64,000 bases of DNA. Source: Geosiphon pyriformis uo1. Taxonomy: Eukaryota; Fungi; Glomeromycota. Positions 27,175 through 38,000 of the stretch are shown in pieces. Positions within the stretch are counted from its first letter, which is position 1; each line of letters begins with the position of its first letter. The translations under genes and the position numbers were made by a program. The notes beneath the pieces were generated by a model. It was not told where the DNA came from. It did not search any database and was given only the letters and a program-made list of their open reading frames with translations. Where the stretch lies: positions 499,222 to 563,221 of the forward strand of contig JAAOMT010000659.1 of the NCBI GenBank assembly GCA_016748015.1. Reading direction: 5' to 3'.

Positions 27175-28138
27175 TATTACTAGAAGTTTTTGGTTTTTTT
27201 TTTGAATGTTGTTAATACTTGTTTGCTGTAAATTCACGTTTATTGAAAGTTATTGAATCTTCAATAACTAAATTTATCTTCCAATTATTTCTTATAATTT
27301 AAACTATTGGACTTATAAGTGGAATGGCCAATTCTGTGCCAATTACTTTATGTAGTTATGTTGTAATAAACATCAACTTTTTTCCAGAAATTGCTTGTTT
27401 AAAAGCTCACTAAAATGTGTAGTTATTTTGTTGTGAAAGTTAACTCTTTTACAGAAATTTTGTCTATAAACTACTTTAATGATTATAATAAAAAAAAATA
27501 TAAAAAAATATAAAAAATATAAAAAAAATAGAATTTTATTAAGAAAATCGTTTTCTATCTAAGTTTACAATCACTAACAGATTTATTGAAATTGGTAGCT
27601 AATTAATTTTAAAATATTAGTTGGGTTTTGGAAATTTTAAGTACAATAATTAAAGATTTGGATTTTCGAATATTTAATTTTATTTAATTTTGTAAAGATA
27701 TGTAAGAGATGATTAATTCTAATTAAAATATCTAAAATAAAATACATTTTTTCGAAGAAAAAAGCTCTTTTTTTATACAACTTGTTGTAGTATTAGTCTT
27801 TAAACTTGCACTTTTCTCTTTGCTATTATTTTGATAAACTAAAAATACATTTCAATAAATTACAAATTATTTCTACAAATTATTGATTATTTTAATAAAC
27901 TATCAATTATTTCGGCAAATTTCAGCAAATTTTTAAATGTTAAGTGGTTCAAAGTATTGTGTAATTTGATTATTTTAATTTCTATTGTACAAATTGAGTT
28001 ATTAATTGAATAATAATATTTGATAATTTGATTTAACTAATAAGTAATAATTAAAATGATAATAATATATGCTAATTAATGATAGAAATTATAAGAGTAA
28101 TTTAATGTTAATTATTAGCTAAAATTCTACTGGTAACA
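27175..28138 (-). repeat. 5' LTR of A1
   Basis: Pairs with 7718-8670; PBS TGGTACTCTTTT is adjacent. Confidence 0.9.
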
Positions 28139-28344
28139 GTATTAAGTTTTTAATTATATTTTTGTTAATAAGAATTAGTAATAAAAAGAAAAAATTTTGG
28201 TGGTCTTTTTTTTTTTTTTTTTATTGCAAATTATAAGTAAGACCTAACTACTATCTAATACAATACAACTACTTAGAGTTCTAAATTAGATATAGATTAC
28301 ACACTTGCTATATATGACCAGCCATCCAGCCAGTCAAGACTACA

Positions 28345-31300
28345 CTACACTATAATATTAATAATAACATCTTTTGCTATACTAGCAAAAAACAAATGGC
28401 CTAATCTTAAATCAAAACTAATAGCATATTTCTTTTCTACTCCCAACAATCATGTCACATTACCTAAAATCTTAGTAAAAAGGCCACAAATAATGTCAAA
28501 CAAGAACCTATTCTCATTTAACAAATTTCTGTATTTCATATTAATCCGAAGCTTTGAATTAGACATTCAAATATTTTTTCTATGGCCAGTAACCAGACTG
28601 TACACAAAATCAATCATCCTAGTTGTGGTAAGACCAGCATTCTTAAAAAAAGTCCAGGCTTCAACCAACCAATCTTTGAGCACAAATTTCTTGTACAAAA
28701 TAAAGTAAAAATCTAAATCATAAACATATAAAGCCAAAAATTGGAGGACCACAGATAAAACCAAGTCACTCCAGTTGAAAACATCCAAAAGAAAGAACAA
28801 TTACTTAAAAAATTCTAATAAACAGACTTATTTCAGCAGCAACTGAAACTGTGATCCAAAAACTCCACTTCTTCACAATATATACATAATACACTTGGAT
28901 TAGCTACAATTATATAAACACTTCCTAATTATCACAGATAATTTCTTATAAACTGCCTTTATTAAGTATGTGTACAAGTCAGCAGTTTGCCTGCTTGTAT
29001 AGCCAGCCACCATATGAAAATCAGAATGCCAGACCAATACAGTAAGCTTTCAATTAATATTACTTACATGCAAAAAATTCATAGCATTGACACTAGGTCA
29101 TATCTTCCAATAAATATGCCTTGTAGTATTGTATATAGTTTTAACAAAATGTTAAGTGTTGCCAGAAATCATCACACCATTAGCCAGCAAAAAACTCTTC
29201 TAAATATTTATTGGAAGAATAAGTTCTGAAAACACAGCTTGATCAGTCAGCTCATTAGTAATTTCATTGTCTAATATGCTGAAATGACCCTTTATTTTTG
29301 TTCATTTTACAGAAATACTCTTGTTTTAGACCAAATTATTGACATAATGTTGCTCAATCTAACATTTATTGCAGAAGTTGAGCACAACCAACTTTAACTC
29401 AGCTTGATACATATTTATAGAAACTTAACTATCTGAAAAAATCAAAACATTGGAAAGAACCAGAACATACTTAAAAGCTAGCACTATAGTCTACAACTCA
29501 GTCAAAATTAATGAAAGCAAATCATGAACTTCCATTCTTATGCCAAGACCCAGATTAAGAAAATAGACAGCAGCACTACCAATCACATCAGAAGATCCAA
29601 AATTTTTAACAGAATCATTAGTATAAATTAAGATTTTAGACAACAATACCTTCTTTAACTAAGAACAAACAGCACAAAAGCCATCTACATCAAACATGCT
29701 CACACCAGAATAAGGACCAAAAACAGACTAAAAACCATGAGTTAAACTGCTATTATTGATGAATTTCACAACTTGTACAAATTAAGAAGAAACTGGGTCT
29801 CTGAAATCCAATCATTTCCAATGACAAAATCTTTTTAAGAGAAGTACATGCCATGATAATTAAGAAATTAGTCTACAAAAACTATGCAAAAATGCTTAAA
29901 AGACTTGTAAATTCAAAAGTATTCTACTTAATCCAAAACATCTATCATAGAGATTTTATTTTTGAGGCAAAAAGCACTGAACAGATTAGAGCACAAACTA
30001 ATTCCATTGTGTAGAAATATCTAAGTAATGTTAGCAAGAAAGTTGTTTATTAAATTAACCTTTAACTTGACCAGAAACTGAAGAGGATTACAAAAAACTC
30101 AGTTCAATATTTGCAAATCCAACAATCTGTGATGAAAAAACTGATTAAGAATACTACAAGTATTGGCAAAGCATATTACTAATGTCATCTTTTTTTTCAC
30201 TTAAACTTGGTTAAAAGATTTTAAATTATACAATAATAAGTGGTAAATGGCCTTATTAAGAAAATCATTTGGCAAATTGGCTTTGGCTTTCAAGTCTTTT
30301 CTAATCAAACAGTTCTATTTATCATATGTGCTTTTATTAATAAAGCTGAACTGAATCCTCTACTTAATTATTGACTGCAAAACCACAAAAACCAGATATG
30401 AAAACTGCTTGTCCAAAATGGTCTTGTGCAGAACCATTGAAACAAAGAACTTTACATCTGTATTTGCCTTCTTTATGCTGAGACCAGAGAGATTTTTGAT
30501 TAACAAAAAGATGCCCAAATACTGATAAACTTTATTAGTCTTTGCAACCAAAATAAAAAAACCACTTACATTTAAAAAAGCATCATTAAACTTTGGGTTT
30601 ATTGAGATTACTACTGTTTTTTCTATATTTATTGAAATGTTCATGATGTTAAAAAATTTACTAGTAATATTTAGAATGTTTTGCATTGTTATATGACAAT
30701 TGTTAATCCAAATTGTATCATTCACAAAAACACCAGCAGTTAGATAAGAGATCAGACCAGCATTTGTCTCAATCCTGCCAGTTCTGAAAATGAATTTAGA
30801 ATTTATACAGTACTCAAAAACTACATCATGCTTCTTTATCTTACACAAAAGAGAGTTATAAAAGATCCTTCAAAAGAGAAATAAAAAAACCTTACCCTAA
30901 TTCAAGCCATCATGTATTATGTAATTATTAAACAAGCTAAAATCCATTATCATTTTATTTTTATGGCCATTGTAGATATGACTAAAAAACTTAATAAACT
31001 TATTACACATTTTAATTCTTCTTAAACTTTTTACCAAATATAACCAACTTACCAAATCATATGCTTTTTTTATATTCTAAAGTACCAACCAAACTTTTCT
31101 GCCTTTTTTCAAGACATCTTCTATTACAGACCCAACAGCAAATATAGGAAATCAAGTCAAAGTGCTCTTTAGCACCAAAAAATTGTTTTTTCTTAGAACT
31201 TCATGTTTATTGTAGACTTTAAATATCTAATTAGACAAAGTCTTTAAAAAAATTTTCTTTATAGTCTCAATGAAAGCAATTGGTCTAGTGTTTATTAGAA

Positions 31301-33015
31301 CACTTTCTTATTTATAAGGCTTTGGAATCATTGATACTTATATCTCTTTTTAGGCATTAGAAACAGATTCAACTACCAAACACAAATTGAACAGACATAA
31401 AAAAAAATCCAGAACATACTTGTCACACTATTTTTATATTTTATTAGAGATACCAAACAGCTCAGCAGCTTTGTCATTAAGAAGATTATTAACTATCAAC
31501 AAAAACTTGTCAAGACCAATATGCTCCATAACACCAAAAAATGCTTCATCTATATACTCAAAAGGTACAAACTGTTTTCTCTAATAAACAAGAACAACAT
31601 CTCTAACCATATGCTTTTCTATTCAATTTTCTATAATTAAATCAACTTTACACTTAACCAAATTAGATTTCAAAATTAGATTGCTATTGTTTATCAAATG
31701 ATCTAACATAATCTTTTTAAAAGGCTTTTTTAGCACACTTCTTATTATTTGCTTCTTGTTGTTAATAAAGGCTTTTATGTATTTGGTAATAGTAGTCTTG
31801 ATCCAAGAATTCTCAGTCATCTTAAATTCTAACAACTTATGTGACCTATAAAACTTTTTGGAGTGGGCCAGAAATTGTTCAATTAAGATCCTGCTATAAT
31901 TATTATCAAAAACAATTCTGAACTTTACATCTCAGACAAAGTTCAGCCTAATTTATTTGGTAATTAAAGCCTGAATTCTCATTATATTATTCAGTTTGTA
32001 CACTTTCAAAATTTTAGACATGAGCAATTCCAACTTGTGAAACTCAGAAAAAGTTATGTATTTGAGTGCATTATAATTCTGGAACTATGTTTTAAAAGAG
32101 TAATATTGGCAGCAGAGTTTACCACCTAACTAAGTAGCTTTTACATTTCATTAATGTTAAGTCTTTTCTTGTAGTTCTTAAAGTTATTAGCAACAGCCAG
32201 TAACCAATTTCCAAACTTCTTTCAGGTTTTCTCACTAACATTATTGATCTTAAACTTTTATCTGTTTTTATAAACCTGTTGCACATTGAAATAAATTGAG
32301 AACTGAGAAGTCTCTCTTAACCAATATCTGTCAAAACAACCAGATAATCAATGTTAAAAAACTCATTTGAATAGTAAATCTGCTAATTAAAAGAAAAATT
32401 CTTAAGGCTATCACTAATCAAAATAAAGTCTATGTACTTTTCAACCTCTTTAAAATTAAACTAAGTAAGCATTTTGCATACCAAAAAACTACTGAAAGAA
32501 TTACACAATCTTATGTCCAAAAGCTTTTTGAAATTAGCACTGTAACCAGACTTATTTTTATTGAAATTTTCTTCAAGAATCACAAAAAAACTATTATTTA
32601 ACATTTTGGCCATTATTGAGTTAACTTCATATAAATAAGCCAATTTTTTTTTCAAAATGGCCTCAGCATACAAACCCAAAATAAAAACTAAAAGACAGTT
32701 CTTAAACAGCAAATGTGTTAACAAAAGCTGACCAGTTATCTCTGAAATTTTGTATATATGTCTTGTAATATCATTGTTTATTATTACAGCAATTCCAGAA
32801 TCTAAGTAATTAAAGTTAATACCAGAAATAAAAACTTTAATTTCATCAAACTTGTTTATTATTTAAGAGTGAACCTTGCTTTTAAGCTTTGTTTTTATAA
32901 CAACAAATATAGAATTACTTATGTTTCTATGCCAACAAATAATGTTTTTCTGCTTTGCTAAATTGTTTATGCTTTTGACATTGCATGTAGCAATCTTTCA
33001 GATCAAACCACTCAT
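28345..33015 (-). pseudogene. LINE ORF2: APE endonuclease, RT, RNase H, C-terminal Cys/His motif
   Basis: MSGLI.KIATCNVK (APE); NTRPIAFIET and AGVFVNDTIW (RT); IYTNDS..TEL..IFSDS (RNase H, 29400-29650); CIYCEEVE..DH. Confidence 0.88.
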
Positions 33016-34690
33016 TAAAATAAAAAAACACCAAAAAATCTGAGCCAGCACACAACTGATCTAATTTCTTTAGAACTGAACCAATAAAGACTTCAAGAGC
33101 CACTAATTTCGACTTTAAACATCCTATCTTAGTAGTTAAAACTTTTAAACTATTTGGATCCAAAGCTGAAATGTTAAAGGAAACAAGAGAAAAAAGTAAA
33201 AACATTAACTTCAGACTGTCCAAAATTATATTCAACTTCAAATTCAAATTAGTAGTTATTGAAATAGCCAAGTTATAAGAAAAAAGAAGAGAAGCCAAAA
33301 ACACCAATTTTATATTGCTGAACTTGTACACTATGCCAAACACTTAATCCATTAAGAGCTTTAAAAAGTGTTCTAAAAAAGCCAAATGAGCATCCAAAGA
33401 TAAATTATTAGTTGAAATAAAAAGAAAATTACCATTCAAACTCAAACCACTAAAAGAAAGAGAACCAAAACCAGAACTGAAACAAGAACTACCAGAAAAA
33501 CCAGCAAATAAGACCACTTGGACCCAAAATTTGCCATCAAAAACAGCAAGACAAAAAATTGGAACACTTGTTTTTTTATACAACTTGGCAAGTTAAAAAC
33601 AATCTTTCTTAAAAGCAATTCTTTTATAAGATTTTTTTGAAGATGACAGAACAGACATATCTGATGTATTACACTCAAAAGCTGAATGTCCAAAATGCCC
33701 ACATTTCTCACAACAAACCAAATTTATTTTAGCTCAAAAGAGCTTTACTTTACCAAAGATCAGCTTTGTGTGAAAAACAGATTTCAATTTTTTATTAGAG
33801 TTAAAGCCAATTACAGCATAGTAAATTTTATTACCAGTTTCCAAAGATCAATTTATGATACAAGTTTTCCTACCAGCCCCTTTCAAAAAAGTTTCAAGAT
33901 TATGTGCAGTTATTTCTACTGGCAAAATAAACAAAAACACCCTAAACTAGTTCTTTGACATCCAAACATTGCAATCTTTTACAGCTTTTGCAACATGCAC
34001 TGAATCTTTTTTGATTAAGAATAATTATCTAGCTGCCAACTAATTAGTCTGACTTGATTTAGTGAATTTTACTACAGCTTTTTGCCACAGCCCAATAAGT
34101 TGCAATTAGATCAATACCACTTGACTAAACTTAGACAGAGCTGCAATGATCATTTTCTTTGGCATATTCATGGGAATTTTTTTAATTACTATAGTCCAAT
34201 CTGAACAAATTTTTTGTTTTTTAAGATTGTTGTTTATGAAAATCTCTTTTTTTTTGGCCAATGACACAGCTTTTTTCATGGTCTCTTTTAAGGTAAAAAT
34301 AAATTAAATAATTTTTTCAAATTTTGAGAAAATAGTAGTCTCCTCTAAAACTATTAACTACTAAAAAAATTAAATAGAAAACCAAAAATAGCACTAGTGT
34401 TAATATGCTTTACTTTGGGAATTGTAGCAGCCAAACCCAGAAGGAATTCATCATAAACACCAAACATGCCAATTCTCTCATCATCACCAGACAAACTATT
34501 TACATCAGAGTACATACTATTACCAGATCCAAATTGATTAAAAAGATATCTTTTTTATTGTCAGAATATTTGACATTTTTAAGAACAATCCTCTTCTTTT
34601 GTGAAAAAAAGCCATTAACAGAACCATAAAAGATGTTTTTGAGAGCTTTTTTTTAGACATGTTGCTACTTAAAGCAGTCTTTAATTCCAT
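33012..34690 (-). pseudogene. LINE ORF1 (gag-like, CCHC knuckle)
   Basis: MELKTALSS start; CEKCGHFGHSAFEC knuckle at ~33670-33712; C-terminal coiled-coil-like heptads. Confidence 0.8.
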
Positions 34691-34859
34691 AAAAAAAGGA
34701 TTATTAGGTAAAGAAATATTGATATATAAACTAAAAAAAAACAAAAAACCACTTTTTTAAAAATGTGCTTTTTGGAAAATTTTAAATAAAGGAGAGAAAA
34801 AAGTTTTTTATTTTTAATCTCTTTTTTAAATCTTTATTAAAATTCAAATTTTTAAAAAA

Positions 34860-35520
34860 AAAATTTCTAATTTACTGATCTTAGTATTAGTGAATATTAT
34901 AATATTATTATTTTTGATTTTTGTTAATTTCTATTAGGCAATAATAGATTCTGATTTGTCCAAGTCTTTTTTATATGTCTTATAATAGCTTATTTTGTAT
35001 TATTCTGATGTTTTAATGTATTTAACTTTGTATAAAAAGTTTTTCTTGATTTTTAAAAATATTAAAATTGCTAGTAAAAGAATTATAGACTTTGTGTATA
35101 ATTTTGGTTTGGTTTATAAAAATAATATTTGGCTTGTTTATTCCAAGTATTGGGCTTTTATAGAAAAAAAAAATCTTATTTTATGTAATAATATTATTTT
35201 TATAACTGTTGCTAAATTGTTATCTGTATTGTTTAATAATATGGTCAAGATATTTAAAATTGCAAAAATCTTTAAAGTTAATTTTAACACATGTAAGTTG
35301 TGTTTATTTTTTTTTAAATATTGAAAACATAGTTTCTGTGTATATAAATATATAGTATTGTTTTAATTAATCTAAATAACTAGTTACATGTAGTAAAATA
35401 CATAATTTATATTTAGTATAGATTACTTAATTTAATATATTGTATTAAATAGTGTTTAAATCTTATTTATTAAATATAATAAAAAATATATATATAAAAG
35501 TAAAAAAAAAACAAATAAAT
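34860..35520 (+). mobile_element. 3'-terminal fragment of a LINE (ORF2 C-terminus, 3' UTR, A-rich tail)
   Basis: LYKKF..IIDFVYNFGLVYKNNIWLV matches the C-terminus of the 28345-33015 ORF2; the UTR resembles the reverse complement of 28225-28344. Confidence 0.7.
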
Positions 35521-37016
35521 AATAAATTTTAATAAATTTTAATAATTAATTATTTTATTAAAGTTTAATAAGCAAGGCCCAATAATTATTTAATACAATA
35601 TAACCACATAGGGTTTTAAATTAAATGTGGCTCATGCACTTTCTACATATAATCAGCTATTCAAGCCAGTTTAGGCTATACTATGTTAATGTATTAGAAG
35701 AAAACTTACCCAAAGATAACATCTTTTAAATAACAAAAAACAAAATAGTACTGCAAGAAACCAATTCAACCAGCCATTTGGCAGTCTTCAAGACATTAGC
35801 TTTAACATCAATAGATTTATGTTTCCAAAAGAACATCAAGTTGGAAAACATCTTATTATTTAAACCAACTAAGTACTTTAAATCATCAGACATATTAATA
35901 TTTTCTATACAGCACTTCTTTTTTAAAGAAACCACTTTTCTTTTCAACTTACCAACAACTTTACTAAAAGAACTCATATACACCAAAATCTTATTGATCT
36001 TAAGACCAAGTTTACTGCTTAAGATCAAATCCCTATTAATAAATTGTTTGAACAATTTAACCAAAAAACCAACTAGTTTAACAATAGACTCAACCAAAGC
36101 AGAAAGCTTGACCAAATTAAACTTCAAAGAAGCCAACCAAAAAAACACCAAGGAATTGCTATTAACCATAGAAAAAAAATAAAAGCTGTCAAAAAAGGAA
36201 ACTTAAAAGAATTCAAAGAAGTTAAAATCTTTGTATAAGAAACACCATTTACAAAATGTGTTTTAAATATCTTGAAAGTTTTGGAAAGAGAAGGTAAAAA
36301 AACTTTGCAGTCTACAGCCAAGTGGTCTATTTTTTAACGTCTAAAGCAGTGTTGACAACCAAAGGTTTTTTACCAAATATAGCACTTTCTCAAGATACCA
36401 GTTTTGACAACTGCGGAGTCCAAATCAACTTGGGAACCAAATATAACCAGAGCAAACTGAGAACAATGACCAAAATTAGATAAACAAAGAATAAAACAAG
36501 TCTGACCACCAACTTGAGAGATTATATTACTAATTTCAAAGACAGTACAGTCAGAAAAAAAATTGATCAACTTGGTCTTAAACCAATTACAAAACAAAAT
36601 TGTCTTATTTTGATTGATGAAGAAAAAAATTTAAACATTATTTTTGTCTACCAAAATTGACCAGTAAGTAAGAACAGAAGCAGCAGCATCCAATTTTTTA
36701 AAATAAACAACTACATATTGCCAAACACCAGTAGGCTTTAGCATAACATAAGAAACTTTACCAAAAACACCAAAAACTGACTTAATATTAGCAGCAAACA
36801 CACCCAAAAACACCTTATATAATACAACAGTAGCAGAAAAAAAACCAAATCCAGAAACTACCAAAGACTTGACAATTTTAAAAATGGCAAAATAAACAAA
36901 GCTTGTAAGCTCAACCAGAAATGCAGCATTCAGAGAATTTTGGGAAGCAAACTCTATACAGAAAAGCTTTACATTGTCCTTAGAAACAGATTTCACACCC
37001 AAAAAACCATGTATAG

Positions 37017-37986
37017 TGTTACCAGACGAAATTAGAGATATTATTTAGCATGAAATTATCTTATCATTAATTAGCATATATTATCGTTTCAAATTATCAC
37101 TTATTACATTAGCAAAATGTCCAAAATTATTATTTAATTAATAACCCAATTTGTACACAACACAAATGTAACCTAATTGCAATGATTAATCATGCAATAC
37201 CCCGAACTATGTAACATTAAAAAGTTTGCCAAAATTTGTAGAAATTTGCCGAAATAATTGATAGTTCACCAAAATATCTAATAGTTCACAGAAATAACTT
37301 GTAGTTTGCCAAAATGTATCTTTAATTCAGCAAAATTGTAGAAAATAGCAAAGTTCAAGTTCATAAAATAGTGTTACAACAAGTTGTATAAAAGAAGAGC
37401 TTCTCTCTTCAAAAAAATGTATCTTACTTTAGTTTTATTATTTAGAACCATTCTTACACACAAAAAGAAATAAATATCAAATAATTCAAAAAACCAAATT
37501 CTTTAATTATTTGCACTTAGAAAATCCCCAAGAACCCAACTAACATTTTGAAATTGATTAGCTACCAATTTCAGTAAACTGTTAGTGACTCCAGGCCTGG
37601 ATAGAAAACGTTTCCCTTGACAAAATTCTATTTCTTTTACATTTCTTTTATTTTTCTTTTCTTTTCTTATTTACAATCATTAGGGTAGCCTACAGACAAG
37701 ATTCCTGTAGAAGAGTTGACTTTCACAGCAAAGTAACTACACATTTTAGTGAGCTTCCAGATGAGCAATTCCTGGGAAAGAGTTGACATTTACTATAATG
37801 TAACTACATAAAGCAACTGGCACAGAATTGGCCATTCCACTCATAAGCCCAGCAAGTTCAAATTATAGGAGATAATTTGAAAATAAATTCAGTTATTGGA
37901 GGTTCAACTACTTCTAGAAAACGTGAATTTGCAACCAACAGACAGTTACAACATTCAAAAAAAAAGACCAAAAACCTCCGGTAACA
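37017..37986 (+). repeat. 5' LTR of A2
   Basis: TGTTACC...GGTAACA inverted termini; TATAAAAG at ~37387; direct repeat of 45869-46838. Confidence 0.95.
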
Positions 37987-37988
37987 TT

Positions 37989-38000
37989 TGGTGCTCTTCC
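37989..38000 (+). promoter_or_regulatory. Primer-binding site of A2
   Basis: TGG-initiated motif 2 nt after the LTR; tRNA identity not determined. Confidence 0.75.

Larger units (their letters stand above)
7718..28138 (-). mobile_element. Full-length degenerate Ty3/Gypsy element A1, interrupted by element B and a solo LTR
   Basis: Paired ~960-bp LTRs (7718-8670, 27175-28138) homologous to the A2 LTRs; PBS at ~27161-27172; internal region colinear with A2. The RT is split at ENRYW|QVKID by element B. No convincing TSD. Confidence 0.9.
28206..34790 (-). mobile_element. Near full-length degenerate LINE (ORF1 + APE-RT-RNaseH ORF2) with poly(A) tail
   Basis: T17 at 28206-28222; 3' UTR 28225-28344; ORF2 and ORF1 as listed separately. 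The 5' boundary is approximate. Confidence 0.9.

Noticed and set aside
35778-36182. Antisense or alternative-frame ORFs over TEs (e.g. 2602-2907, 13098-13355, 35778-36182, 47360-47659)
   Set aside because: They are shadows of the real TE frames, with no independent motifs.
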